Positions 24,967-38,950 of a stretch of DNA of 60,000 bases are shown here, piece by piece (positions within the stretch are counted from its first letter, which is position 1; each line of letters opens with the position of its first letter). The stretch comes from Amphiscolops sp. MND2022 (taxonomy: Eukaryota): the NCBI GenBank assembly GCA_964187785.1, contig OZ076409.1, forward strand, positions 64,482,001 to 64,542,000, in the 5' to 3' direction. Below the pieces are notes generated by a model. It saw only the letters and a program-made list of their open reading frames with translations. It was not told where the DNA came from and made no database searches. A program made the position numbers and the translations under genes.

Positions 24967-25396
24967 TTTTTTAGTCGCGCTTTTTCGTAGAAAAACGCAG
25001 ACTATAGTAGTGACTTTTCTTTTTTTAGTCGGCGCTTTGTCGTAGAAAAACGCAGACTACAGTAGTGACTTTTCTTTTTTTAAGACCAACGAAGTGACAG
25101 ATTTCATAAGCTTTATAAGCTGACTTGAACTAACACTAAATGCCACACTACTTGTGAGGCACTTGTGATGGCACTTGAAATAGAGGTTAATTAGGCTTTT
25201 TTGAGGTCCCCTTCTACATTTTTTGGCACTATGCGACTTATCGGAGACCAAAAAATTGAAAACTTCGAAAAAAATGGGATTTTTTCAATTTTTTCCTCAT
25301 GCGGGTACTGTAGAAGAGAATACATGACACTTTGAAGTCCTTTTGCTATTTTTGAGCCTTAGATATGGCGCCGACTTGGGCCGTTCCCGGCTTGTT
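24967..25396 (+). mobile_element. HINE family 1 with duplicated 5' hairpin
   Basis: Two tandem 5' ends (24967 and ~25021) and the standard 3' end. Confidence 0.8.
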
Positions 25397-25426
25397 TCCT
25401 TTTCGTCAGAGCTTCTGGAATTATAC

Positions 25427-25651
25427 CTGTTTGCGGTATTCCGCACATTTATCTTCCAGTTCCTTCTTCTGCTGCTGGATTTGGTTCATATCTTTCACTG
25501 TCTTCAGGAACAGCTTCTCTATTTGGTCCAGACCTTTGTCCTTCTTGTAAATCACTGCATTGGAGAGGGACAGACCAAGAGGCTGTTTGTGCAGCTCGGT
25601 CGGCCCATACATGACACCGGTCACAGGGTTTACGGACCCTGAGGAGGTTAC
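25427..25651 (-). CDS. TMCC/TEX28-like gene, exon (VTSSGSVNP...EYRKQ), coiled coil
   Basis: accag acceptor, gtataa donor, 225 bp, phase 0-0; heptad-like DQIEKLFLKTVKDMNQIQQQKKELEDKC. Confidence 0.85.
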
Positions 25652-26010
25652 CTGGTTGAAAAGCCAAGCAATTAACTATGATCCAGTCACTCAATCTAAA
25701 TGAACTAATTGAATGGGTCCTTTCCGGGGAAATATTCAATCGTTGATTTATGGGATGAAATGTTTAAAAAATGAGCGCTAACAGTAGCGCAAAAAACTTC
25801 GGGAAACTCTTGGAAGGCCATCGGTTAAGGATTAAGAAGAGCAGACTAGCATAAAGCAGTAGGAGTGTTGTATGTGAAAGATGAACAAATGAAAGAAAGG
25901 GCTGGCTAAAAATCAAAAGTTTTCCGAAGTGCCGCGAGCGATCCAGTCGTGACAAGAAGTTTGATAATGGCAGCTAGGGTAAAACGAAAGCATATACTGA
26001 CTCCCGTAAG

Positions 26011-26432
26011 CAGTGAATTAGGTTTTCCCAAAAACCGCGCTTATCGCTTGTTGCGCTTATGACTGGCACGCTTACGCTTAAGCGGCGCTTTTTGGAAGAA
26101 AACGCTGGCTCAGCGAATTTTGGTTCTCAAAAGCTGCATTTTTTGAAAAACATTACGAACTTTTGAAAATTTCGATCGGTTACTTCCTTATCTCAACAAA
26201 CTACCACCACCAGAGACAAATTTTTCTATTGTACTAGTGTTGGGTGAAATTCTCAGTACAAAAAAACTTGCCACTGTTAGAGTTGGGCACTTTTTGTAAC
26301 CAAAATAGCTATAATTTCTGACCAATTAGATAAGCGCAAATTTCAGTCGTCGCTTTCGCTGTCGGCGCTTATCCGGATATTACGTCGCTTTCGCTTTTTT
26401 TGCGCTTTCGCTACAAGCGACCTAATTCACTG
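26011..26432. mobile_element. hAT-type MITE
   Basis: Perfect TIR CAGTGAATTAGG; 8-bp TSD CCCGTAAG; subterminal CGCTT repeats. Confidence 0.85.
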
Positions 26433-27062
26433 CCCGTAAGGGCTATAAAACATTTGAGCACCACCTATATATGAACAAACCGTGGGATATTTCAGGGAAT
26501 GGCAGCCATCCCGGTAATCGGCATGCTTGGGGACCTGACAACAAAACTCTTATAAAAATACAAATTTCGTGAATAAGAATGAGGCCCTTCGATTCATTAT
26601 CAGCTTTTTAGAAAATCTAGATTGCTAAACTTTGAAAATGTCGATGACTGAAGATCAATTTGAAGGAACACGGTGTCCATTTTGAGCGCTAATCTAGCGA
26701 AAACTAAGAGAAAAGATCTGAAATAGTTCATTGAAAGAACAAGTACCAACCATTTCGGGTGATAGAAATTGAAGAATATTAAGTTTACATTACAATGCTA
26801 TTAACAATAGAGCTTACACAATGTAATGACATTTAGTAAATGTTTCAAGCATATTCTCATTGAAAGCAATTCTAAAACTATTCATGAAATTTAGGAATTC
26901 GCTTGCAGAGATAATCTAGAGGTTACGCAATTGACTTAGATATAGGTGGGTTTAGACTAAAGTTCAAGAAAAGTTTAAATACAAAGTATATACGACGCGC
27001 GTTTCCATTCCGAGCGTTCAATTTCAAGATCATAACAATTGATAAAAAACTGGGTTACTAAC

Positions 27063-27285
27063 GAGAGGAGTGTCTGATAGGGTGAGAGAGAATTTTCGGA
27101 GGGAATTGGCTCCAGCGGCACCTCCACTGAGACGTCTGTACCTGTCTTCGCTCACAGTGATTTGGGGAGGTAAAAAACCAGCAGAGCTCACTGGGGTCGT
27201 TCCGTTCACATCGACAGGACCCCCTTGGTCTTGGTTGCCTCCCCCTAGCGAACTACTGGAAGCAGACGCTTTGTGGTGCAAGTTA
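27063..27285 (-). CDS. TMCC/TEX28-like gene, exon (NLHHKAS...SDTPL)
   Basis: tttcag acceptor phase 2; gttagt donor phase 0 matches the next exon. Confidence 0.8.
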
Positions 27286-29333
27286 CTGAAACACAACAGT
27301 CAATGACAATCCAATGAAGACCATTTCAACCAAAGGGTTCCATTGAAACACGAAAAATTTATTTCGTCTGCGGATTGGCTTTTCAAGATGTACACAGAAA
27401 TGAAAATTTGTGAAAAAATCGGACCTTTCGGAGCCCCGTGATATTTCTGCAACCGCGAAAATTTTCTAAAACCCTTCAAAAACTTCATTTTGCCATTTTT
27501 GTCCGATAAAATCAATTTTTTTAAAAGTCTACAAGAGTAAACCTTTCAATTCCAAACAAATTTCTCAGATGTCAAATTTTTGAATTTTGCAAAAGAGTGC
27601 AAACCCAGTAACTCTAAAGAAGCATTCAACGCTTGAAGTTAAGGTTTGTTGCTTGAAAAGAGTAAACCCTCAAGTTTGAATGACAGCAATATTGACCTTT
27701 TAGAGGCAGCTCAAGCTCTTAGCGAACAATGAAATAGTTGAGCAAATAATTGCTCACTCTCTGGCAATGGAGAAAGACAGGACTCGAAACATTCAGAGTA
27801 GGTCTTAACGTGTCAAGATGTTGCAGTCGGAAAAAAAATGATTGTCCGTGTTTCAATATTATTCCAGCTCACGCAGGAATTTTAGAAGATTAAAATAGGC
27901 CACATGTCACGAATGCCGCGAAGAATTTAAAAAAAAACAAAGCGCAACAATAGAGTTTGTGCCTTGAAAACATCAAGTTCACAGGCATGTAACGTCGAAA
28001 AATGGAATAGGAGATTTTAGAAAACTCCAAAAAAGAGCACCCTAGAGTAGGTACTTATCCGTAGGCTTTGTATATCTCTTGCGGTCACAATTAAAATATG
28101 GAAATGTTTCAGATCTGAAAAATCTTCCTAACAAATGCTAGCACATAGCCCATGGGTTAGCTATACATGTCTCTTCAAACAGCTGATGTTAATAATTTCT
28201 GATTACTTCAATCAAGTAATTTTGTTCATCTAACAATTTTGAGAATGGAGTGTCACATCGAAATTAGTTTGCCGAAACCAAAACGCGACGGCTACCTTCA
28301 ATGGACAAAACTGGAGCACTTCGCATAGTAATACTTTGAGCCTGAATGTCACAGTAAAACAAAATTGGAAACGAAATTGAACACACGGCTTCATTGTGGC
28401 ATTTTTGGTTCAGGCTTCAAGCAACGATTTCAAATTGCTCCAGGGATGTCCTCTAAAATATCAGTTTTTTTATGTGCCACAGAGATGTAATTTTTTAGAG
28501 AGTCAGTATCAATATGAAAACGGAAAAATCAAACAATTTTTAAATATCTATACTTTCAACATAGCTTGGTCGAAAAAATCCTATTTCGGCTATTTTCCAA
28601 AAGTAATTTTTTTCAACTCCAGACAATTTCTCGCTGGAAAATTTCATTTGTACATTTTACAAGAAGCTTTTAAATGTTAAGCATTGCCTTTAGGACTTAA
28701 ATAAAGAAGATTAAGTGATGGAAAGTGATTACAACATGTGAAGTGGAAGTTAAGTATGAAAAAAATCTAAAAAGTGAAAATCTGTTTTCAAGAAAACAAC
28801 TCATACTGCCGAAAAACACTCTTTGTGCTGATAAAGACTTTTTTAGATTCAAACTTTCACAAAACAAAACCACCGGACCCTTCAGGAATAGAATGAAAAA
28901 TTTTTACAAACTCGCACAGTTCCGCTCAAGATTAAAAAAAGCAAAGTGTTTTGAATATGCAAAGGTACAGCATTGTGAAAATGTTAGTCGAACTTGTAGC
29001 AGCAGAAACTACCAGACGGGATACCCATAAGACTCAAAAACAGCTTTTCCCCAACTGGAAACATCGAAAAGTTGAAAACATCAAGTTGAAAACATTTATA
29101 TGAAACTCAAGGGCATTAAATCTAAACTCATCTTTCGTATTTTCTGCGGTTGTAAATCCAGTTGTTTCTATACCAACGTTTTCCAAAGCCGGCCCCCTTC
29201 AGGCTAATTGATTATTTTGCTTTCTTTACTGATATAGAAAAAAAAGTAAGAAACAGGCGTATTTTTAGTCGGCGTTTTCAGAGAAAAAGCACGACTCTTA
29301 CAGTGGCTAGTTTTTTTTCAGTACCTCTGATCT

Positions 29334-29614
29334 GGCCTAGCCGGCACGCTATATTCGAATTGCTGACCTTAGAACCGATATAAGTTGCGTTTCACCAGAA
29401 GATGTTGGGAAAATATTGGGCTATATCCCAATTTTTGATGTTATATCCGAATTATATTGAGTTTTACTAAGGAGGAGGCTATATAGTTCGGATATAAGAG
29501 GAGTTCGGATATAGGGTAAAAAAATTCGGATATTGTCCAATATTTTTCCCACCTCCTCTAGTGAAACGAAATTTACTTCGTATATAATTCGAATACAGCG
29601 TTCTGGGCTAGGCC
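29334..29614. mobile_element. Palindromic MITE-like element (related fragments ~16360-16560 and ~51490-51640)
   Basis: Long imperfect inverted arms GGCCTAGCC...GGCTAGGCC; internal TTCGGATATA repeats. Confidence 0.55.
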
Positions 29615-29664
29615 AAATGGTCTTTTCCGTAAGAATAATATATGCGCACCATCTGTTCTTCGTA

Positions 29665-30252
29665 AACTAGACGGGAACGTCTAAAGTCGGCGCTATATCT
29701 AAGGCTCAAAAAGCGCAGTTTCTGAACCTGTAAAAGGGGGACCCTTCGAGCTTTTTGAAAATCCAGTTTGTTGCAAAATATTAAATAAATTGAAGGGGGA
29801 TCCTTTGAAGACAAAGAAATTTCGATTTTTTTTAAATTTTCGAAAAAAAAACAAAAAATGAGAATTTTGAACAGTCTCACAGTGCCGAAATACATAAAAG
29901 GGGAGACCCTTTGGGCTTTTTGGCACATTAGTTTGCTGCAAAATATCAAAAAGCTTGAAGGTAAACTCTTTGAAGGTAAAAAAAAATCGAAAAAAAAGTC
30001 ACAGAGTTCCGAAAAAAATGAGTCACACAGTGCCGAAAAAAATTGCTCGAAAAAGCTTCTGACTAAAGCAAGGACTCGAACCCGTGACCGCTGGGTTCAC
30101 CGTAAACCGAGTAAAGACTGTACTGACGAGTACACGTGAACGAGTGAAGTCTGTAAAAAGTGGTACATACACGATGAGGTCTGTGGTCTGGCGAAAAAAA
30201 ACTAGTCACTGTAATAGTCGGGCTCTTTTCACTAGAAAAGCGCCGACTAAAA
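29665..30252 (-). mobile_element. HINE family 1
   Basis: Same termini as 358-855. Confidence 0.8.
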
Positions 30253-30861
30253 CAAACGGATTAGAGCTGCTGACAAAAAACTAGCCACTGTAGCCACTTC
30301 ACGAAAGAAGGCCGGGGTTAGTATAGAAACAGCCGGATTTGCAACCGGAGATAAATACTGATGATGAGTTCAGATAAAACCCCGATGCTAAGAATGACGT
30401 AATTGGAAACGACTGTTTTGGTCTTGTTACAACTTAATTTGTCATCCAATTGTTAGTGTTGATGCCAATTTATGATGTTTTTCGCCTTATGTAAGTTGCA
30501 GAAGATGAAAAGTTCTCCGAAAAGCATTCAGTTGAACGAAGCGTGATTTGACAAATGAACAAGATCCGATAGTCAAATTGTTGTCCATTTAAAAACGTAC
30601 CATTGAAATAGCCAAAATGTTATCTCGAGATCACCGAACAATCAAAAATTTTGTGCAAAAGCCGTCCAAAGTCAGAACTAGACGTGACAAAGGACGTGGG
30701 TTGAAAAGCAGGACGTGGGTTCGAGTCTCGCACTTGACCAAATTTTTCATGCTTGTTAATTCGGCTTTGTAGAACTTTTTCGAAATTTTTGAACGTCTTC
30801 AAAGGGTCCCCCCTTCAGGTGTTTTGGCACTGTAAAGTTGATGTGTCCTTATGCATATTTG

Positions 30862-31966
30862 AACCAGAGCCGCATGTGCGGTAAAGGAGTCGGATTAGGA
30901 CTTTTTCTTTCTGACTCGCACGCTCGAATCCCAGTCATACGATTTTGATGAAATTGCACATATTAAGCCCTTATATGGTGTAGAAAAACTCCATAAAAGT
31001 TCTTTCAAATCGAAGAAAGTTTTTGAGGAAATCGAAGAAAGTCCAAAATTGGCCGGTTTCTTTATCATTTTTGGACTAATTTTGGCTATGTTTTGCACAT
31101 TCCAGTCATACGATTTTGATGTCATTGCACACGTAAGACCCTAATATGGTGTAGAATGACTGTAGAAAATTTCGTTCGAATCGCAGGGACAGCTTTGAGA
31201 AAATGGAAAAGTCAACAAGCCGAGAACGGCCAAAGTCAACGCTATATCTAAGGCTGAAAATTGTAAAAGGGGGGACTCTTTAGGTTTTGTGAAACTCCAG
31301 CTGGTGGCAAAATATGAAAAAAATTGAAGGGGGGACCCTTTAAGGACTGAAAAAAATTGCCCAAAAAAATTAAAATGTGATTTTTGAACAGTGTCACAGT
31401 GCCGAAAAATGTAAAAGGGAATTCCCTTTGGAATTTTCTGACATCCATTGTGTTTTAAAATATCGAAACAAATAAAGGGGGGCCCTTTGGTGCAATCCAA
31501 AAAGTTTCAAAAAAAGTCGCATAGTGCCGAAAAAAAGTGAGGGGGGGGGGCGTGGGGGAATCGTTAGTGTGTTGTCGAGGTTCTGTTTGTTTTGTTTTCT
31601 TTTTCGTTTTGGACGCGCTTCTTAGGTTCGCCAAGTTGTTGAAGAAATGAACTGAACAAAGAACAAAAAGAAAAGACACAGAAAGAAAAGTGGAACTTTC
31701 GTGTCTTAAAAAAAAACTACCCACTGTAAGAGTCGGGCACATTTTCTACTAAAATGCGCCGACTAAAAATGACTGTTTTTTAGCCATTTATGGGCTAAAT
31801 TTGGCTATGTTTATATGATGCCATATTTTGATGCCATTGCGCTTTGGTGTAAGAAGGACTGTGTAAAAAAGAAGGGGTGTACAAATGTTTGAAAACTTTT
31901 CAAAAAAAGGTCGGGAGAAAAAAGTGCGATTGCATAGGTAGTCGAAAATTTTTTCCGAATCCTAAA
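30862..31966 (-). mobile_element. HINE-like family 2, second copy
   Basis: AACCAGAGCCGCATGTGCGGTAAAGGAGTCGG ... AGTCGAAAATTTTTTCCGAATCCT (inverted match to AGGAGTCGG). Confidence 0.65.
31214..31769 (-). mobile_element. HINE family 1 nested in a HINE family 2 copy
   Basis: Family 1 termini; interrupts a 172-bp unit at an A-run. Confidence 0.8.
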
Positions 31967-32964
31967 AGCTTACTTTTTTGAACCTTGGGGTGCCGACTTG
32001 GGGCTTGTTCCACCAGCTTAGGAAGCTTGCTTGCATCCAAAATTTTCAAAATTAAACACTAAAGAAATGGCCGAAAAATGCCAACTATTACTTATCGACC
32101 TGTGAAATTGTGAAAATTATCGAAATGTGAAAATTGTGATGGCTGTTCAAATCGTAACAGCTATCTTCAAGTTATTCAATGTTAAAAAATGAAAAACTTA
32201 CAGCAGCTTTAAATAGAACGGCATGTTAAGGAAGACGATACTTGCAGATATTGTAAACGAATTGTTCGCTCGTCCAAAATGATTCTGTCATTGAGAATAA
32301 TCGAATTTGCAATCATAATACTTCACAAGCACAACGACAAAAGAAACTTTCGCAAAGTGTTTTTGGACACTACGTATCAAATAATTTTTTTCAATGCTAT
32401 GAATTTTTATATACACGCCTCAATAAATTTGCAACATGTTCAAAAGACTCAATTGTAAAGAAAAAATCATTTTGAGATCATATCTTCAAAACCACTGCAC
32501 TTCGTAAAGCAACTTTTAGACAAGCGTTATCAATTCGGAGACAAAACTGGTTCAACGGGACATCTTAAATGCAGAAAATTCATATAGCAATAACTAAGTT
32601 TTGTGCACTGAGTCAACGGGCTTATTATTGGAAGAAATAACGTCCAACGAGATAACATCCAAAAGACGTTGGAAATAACGTCCGAGACTATTTATTGTAA
32701 ATAAACTCCAAAAAAGGTCTTCTAAAAGTATAATCTGAAAAGTAAAACCGAATTAATCTGAAATGCCTTCCTCCTTCCGGACGCTAGACCGGTAATATAA
32801 CGTCGCTCACGGAGCCGCTTCTGCATTTCGGGCACTAGAGGTACGTGACTGTGGCAGATCATGGTTGCCTTTTAGGATTTTATTTCTTTGGACGTTATTT
32901 ACCGTCCCCGCATCTTATAACGTCTGTTTCTGAGGAAAGACCGTGCGCAGCAAAACCTAATAAG

Positions 32965-33213
32965 AACAAGACGCCCGTTAAACACAGATATTTTTCGCCT
33001 TGTCAAAAAAATCAGGCTGAGACGAGGTTCGAACCAACTGCCTACTGATTGATAGGCAGATGCACTACCAACTGAGCTATCGTACCTCAGAGAGCAACTG
33101 ACTGAGAGAGCAACAAACATGGAGATTGTGGAGATTTGGCAGACTTTGGAAAAAAATGCAACACAGATGATGATTTTCCTCCCCTACGCAATAAATTGTG
33201 GGGGCGGAAAATA
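32965..33213 (-). mobile_element. HINE-like family 3 with tRNA-derived module
   Basis: subTIR TTTTCGCC/GGCGGAAAA, terminal hairpin, internal A box TAGCTCAGTTGG and B box GGTTCGAACC on the minus strand. Confidence 0.7.
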
Positions 33214-34482
33214 GCAAGACGGGAACAGCCAAAGCCGGTACCCGCTCAAAGTTCGAAACAGCAAAGTTTTTTAAGCATGCAAAGGGACACATTGTGAAAT
33301 TTTTTATCGAATTAACAGCGCCAAAAATACCGGACGTTAAAGGATACCCATAAGATTCAAAAACTGCTTTTACCCGAACTCGGAACATCAAACAACACAA
33401 TTTCCGAAGGAGAAAATGCCAAATTTTTTTCAGGAAATTCTCAGTTCCGAAAAACCCAAAAGGAGACCCTCTAAGTTCGCAAACTGCCTATCCCACACGA
33501 AAACCTTTTTAAAATGAAGGGATTTTATTAAAAGAGAATTGTTTAAAAAATCGCACCGTGTAAAAAATCACACAGGTATAGGAAAAACTCTCATCAGTCC
33601 CATAGGACCTAAAAATAATCAAAGATACCCACCCTTAAGATTCGGAAAACGGTTTTCCTCAACAGAAAAACTCAAAAAACCAAAAAACTCTAAGCGGCCT
33701 TCTATGCTCGCAAAACACTTTGCTTCTGCTAAAAATTGAAGGAGGGCTTCGGTTTGAAAATTCAGAAAAAAGTCACATAGTACCAAAAAAAACACTTGCA
33801 ACAGTAAATACTTAGTTTAGTGCGGAACTCGAAACCATGTACTCCTGCTTCTCTGGCCCAACAACCAGGCTTGGAAATCCGCGTTATCTACTGGGCCAAA
33901 AGCGCCCATTTCTATTTGACCCATTCAAAAGTTATAAATGTGGACGTTTCAGGCTGACTGAAGAATAAAAACCGGCCACCGCAAAAGTCAGCTTTTTTCA
34001 AAAAGGGCTGACTAATGAACCGGGAACGACCCAAGTCAGCGCGCTGTTAACGGCTCAGAAATTCGCTAAGAATCACTTATAAAAAGTTTTCGTGATAGTT
34101 AAGATTTATCTTCAACTGAAAAAAATCAGTTTCACTGTTACCTAGTTTTGGCACCGCGAATCAGCGAATTAGCGGCTGCGCTAAATTTTTTCAGCGATTT
34201 TATTTGCGATTCAAATTAGCGGCAACTAATAGATTGTATAATTTCAAAATTTCTTCAGGAAATACACTGAGTTTCGGAATGAAATCCGAATGATTCAACT
34301 GTTACTTGTAAACCTCAGAGTATGAAAAAATATCATTGAACTTTGAAACATACTTGAGTTCAGACACTCAATAGTTTGAAGAAAAAAATTTCCAGCGAAA
34401 TAGCGATTTTGAAATTAGCGGTTTAACGATTTGCGAAAAAAAATTAGCGATGTCAAATTTCTGCACTGCTACAATCTGCTTG

Positions 34483-35021
34483 TTTTTAGTCGGCGCTTCA
34501 TGAAGTGAAACGCGACTATTATAGTGACTCTTTTTTTTTCAATCCACACGAACTGTCCAAAATAGTTCTTAAAAGTACTGCAAAATATTATTGTACCAAA
34601 TTGCACCATTTGGCCTAGCGAACTGAACCAAAAAGGTTTTCCCTGTTTTCCCGCGTAACATACCATACAGGGCGAGACCAAAGGGTCCCCCCTTTCAATT
34701 TTTTTCGGCACTGCGAGACTTTTTTTGGAGAATATTTTTCCCCAAAGGGTCCCCCCTTTCAGTTTTTCGGCATTGTGAGACTTTTTTTCTAAAATTTGTT
34801 TTTTCTCTAAAGGGTACCCCCATCAACTGCGACAAAAATGTTGACAATTTCGGAAGTGTCCCCCTTTTAACGCGCCAGGCTCGCGCTAGCGGACCCGGCG
34901 TGCCACTCGGTCCATTTTTTTGGTTTTTCGATTTTCGAGTACTGTAAATTGAGACTTGGAAGTCCTTTTGCTATTTTTGAGCCTTGGATATGGCGCCGAC
35001 TTGGGCCGGTCCCGGCTTGTT
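34483..35021 (+). mobile_element. HINE family 1
   Basis: Family 1 termini plus GC-rich internal palindrome. Confidence 0.8.
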
Positions 35022-36521
35022 TTTTTTTCAAAAAGGGTCGACTAGAAATAATTCCTCGGTCCATGTTATCAATGGTGCGTGTCTATAAACAGAAGTAGAT
35101 GGTGTCACTATACAACAAACTACAAAACCTCTTGGCGGTGTCAGTGAAGGTCTCATTATAATGAATGAATTCTCATCGGCTATGAATTACAGCAATTCTA
35201 TTGACCATTAAAATATCAATATTGAAGTTCAAGCATTGGAGGACGCGAGACACAATTTGAAGTCACACGTTCGAAACCACAGCACTTCAAAATGTGTCCA
35301 AAGGAAATAAATATGTGTCCAAAGGAGGAAACAATCCTTTCTTCTACAAAACATCTCATAGATGAGTCGATCTGGAGGATCTGGGACCTGTGTACTGTGA
35401 TGCGTGCTAAATAAGCACCAAGAAGTCCAAAGTTTTCATTTCATTTTCTTCAATGTAACTGTTGTCGAATTTCTGAACAAAGATTCAAAGTGTCCATATT
35501 GAAAGCAACATACATTCTAAGAAACCTTAATTTCTTAAAAAAAACAAACAGAGTTAAAATGCAACAATTTCCCTTGCACATTGTGTAGAACGAATTGGAC
35601 ATGGAAATTTGGAAAATGTTTCACTAGTATTTTGTGAGGGAAGATAAGCATACATGTACATGTACTCATGTGACAGGAATGAGTAAGAGATGGGTAGACA
35701 GTACTGAGATGTGTAAATGGCCAGCAGAGTTAAGATAAAATTCTGATTATTCTAATTCTTTACTTACATCATTGCAGCTGCATTCAAAGGGGTGCTGAAA
35801 ATCAATCTGTTTTGAAAAAAAAGCAACAAGCTGGGATGCGGTTTGAAAACACAACTGCATTTATCAGTGTACAAATAGGTATATCGATATTTTCACATTA
35901 CTATCGTGTACGGTATCCGTGTATTTTCTTGATTTTTCGGTATTCTTTCACTATTTGTGTCTAAAATGTTCTCAAAATCATTTTTGGATTTTAAAATCAA
36001 CGAGTCGAAAAAGTACGAAAGTTAATTTTGGTTCAGTCTGAAAATCAATGAAAGTATTCTGGAGGAAATGAGTGATTTTTAAATTTGACTGAACAGTTGC
36101 AGACAACCGAATGATCGCTTCAATTTGGGGACCCATTGTTTGTTTCATATGACCCTACTTCATTTTGTTTCCCCTTTTGAATACCTGATGATTGCTAGGC
36201 ATGTTTACCGTGAATCGCATGAATCTGTCTCGGTAATTGTACTTTTTCATATCAGTTATGTAACGGTACCAGTATCGTGTATCGGTGCAATACATTGGAA
36301 TTCATGTACATGTATATGAACTGAAACGTGTAACAAAACCGAAAAGTTCTCAGTATAAGAGTAAAGAAATAATCATTTTCGAAAATAAACATCGAATAAT
36401 TATTGAATTACATGCTTCGGCAATCAGACTTCAGGTGTTTCCCGAATTGAAAAACAAGATTCTTTAGAAGACGTTCAATTTTGGTACTATTCAATAATGA
36501 AGGGCATTAATTCAGACTTAC

Positions 36522-36690
36522 AGGAATGCCTTTTTGAGTTTTCCGGGGATTTTCTTGGACTTTTCCACAGCCTTACCACCCACAGCCGTGATTTTCTTCT
36601 TTCCTACCCGACCTCCACTTGACAGTCCCGCGCCATTGTCTGAATGACTCTCGAACAACTCGCCGTCATCCGAATCTTCACCCGAGTCAT
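36522..36690 (-). CDS. TMCC/TEX28-like gene, exon (DDSGEDSDDG...KLKKAFL)
   Basis: tttcag acceptor, gtaagt donor, 169 bp, phase 1-2, open. Confidence 0.85.
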
Positions 36691-37086
36691 CTGAAACGCC
36701 ACTCTAGTTTGTAATACCATTTTATATGAATAAAACCCGATAGTCCAATATGCCTTGAACGATAAAATGATGAGTGATGAAAACCCCCAGATACAAGTTA
36801 AAAATCCAGATAAGCTAAAACCTCGATTATCCACCTCTTGTTTTATAGCCAGTGAAACACTTGCACGCTTTTCATTCAGATCTGATAACAGCCATTTGCT
36901 TAACCGCCAATTGGCGGAAAATTGAGGTTCTACTTCAAGGTGAGTTCGGGATATAGTGTATGAATTAGTGCGTCCCAACAACTTGAGAATTGAACGGAAA
37001 CGCTTAATTAAAATAGGCCCCTCCGGGCACACCATTATTTCTGCTTTAATCTTTCATTAATAAGAGAATCATAGCTGGAGTACTAA

Positions 37087-37530
37087 TACACTCCTATTTA
37101 ATCATTATTAGAGCGCACAATTAATCACTGTACCAGTTTATGCCGCCTTTATATCTCGGACTGAAGCAAATAAAACTACTAAGCGTAGACGAAGTTTCGC
37201 ATTCGCATTTGAATGCAGACGAAGCTCTCGGCGAACGAATAATTAACACTCGTTCGCTTTATAACAATAACTCGGCGTACGAAAGCATAATTACGAATAA
37301 TCGCTCGCTTCATCTCAATGAATTCGGTGTACGAATGCTTAATTACTACTCGCTCGTTCCATCGCACGAGAAACGAATTTTTAAATCTCACGCTTATACT
37401 CACTGCGGAACAAAATATCCGAATTTTTTTTCAGTATCACGACAAGAATTGTACCGAACAAAAAAGTGGAAATCGTGAGGTTTCAATAATATTTCTGCTA
37501 TCGCAGAAACAATAAAAATTAGGAGTGTAC
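37087..37530. mobile_element. Tc1/mariner-type MITE
   Basis: TACACTCCTA ... TAGGAGTGTA with TA at both ends. Confidence 0.5.
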
Positions 37531-38950
37531 CAGACATCAAGTCCTGTCCGGTATCCGGCCGGATAAGTATCTTCGCAGATGATATCGTTTAACAAGAAAA
37601 ATCGATTTAAAATCGAGAAAGCTTGAAATTTTGACTGGAAATCAAATCTTTAGAAGGGCTCTAGTCTACGGAAATTGCACAAAAAGTAGAAGAGAGAACA
37701 TCAGATTTCTGTGTTAAACGTTTGGTAAGAAACTGTCCTTTCGCTGAACACTGTGGATTTTCATACCAAGGAAAACATTCAAATGTGCACCAAAGCTTCA
37801 TTAAAGTAGACGAGATTGAAAAATTTGCTCTCAAGAATTACAATTTTTACAATGCCGAAAAATGGAAAGTGGACCTTTTGATTCCAATACAGCTTTGTAC
37901 GTCACGTAAAATAATAAAAGGCTAAAAGCGGAAGATTCAGATACATTCTGTGGTCTGACGGCAGGAATCGGTCACTTTTTTACATGATTCGCCCACTAGA
38001 AAGTTTTTCATAACTTATAGTTTTTGGGTACAGTCCTGTCCGGCCGGTATCCGGCTTAAATCAGTCCTGTCCGATCGGACCAAAATTTTACGGCCGCATG
38101 AGACATAACAATGTAAGCGTGCAAATACACAAGACGCCCGCTAAGCACCGGTATATATTCCGCCAGGACGCACTGCCTGGGAAAGCAGACTAAATTTCAT
38201 GCCCCAGCCCGGGTTCGAATCCACTACCAACTGACTGGCCGGCAGACGTCCTAGCAAGTGGGCCCTGACTAAAATTATCCACTGACTTAAAAAGTCACTA
38301 CAGTAACTTAATGGATTATACCACTGAGTGGAATTTTTGGAGAATTGAAAAAACGCAACACATGGCAATTTTCCTCCCTCTACACAAATAAATTTGTGAG
38401 ACCGGAAAATCATAAATGTACAGAAACTAATCTTAAATGCATTGAAAAGGTCCAACTACCAACAATTGTATACTTTTACCCCATTTACAAGGTTGATTAC
38501 AGCATTTTGGCACTCTTTCCAAAAACTTTTTAAAGACAAAGGGTCCCTCTTTGATTTTTTTCCAATGTTTTCAATAACAAAAAACCTTTTTGAGCCTAAA
38601 GGAGCACCGCTGTGATTGTATTTGGCACTGCGAGATTTTCCAGACCCTCAAAACTGTAATTTGGCATATTTTAGACTTTGCGTTTTTAAGCCACCGAATT
38701 GACCCGTTCCCTGCTTGTCTATTTACGAAGGTAATTCTTATCACAAATTGTGTTTTATTTAAGGCTCGAGCATGATAGAAATCCGGTTCTATGTGATAAT
38801 TTTTCTGGTTTTTGACGACCACTACAACTCAACTGAACAGAGTGAGTCAAAAGTTCTCTCATATTCAGTACAGCTTGAAGCTACGAAAAAAACGTCGAAA
38901 ATGAACAATCCGTAAGTAAATTAAAAATCACTCATTCAGTTACTGATCTT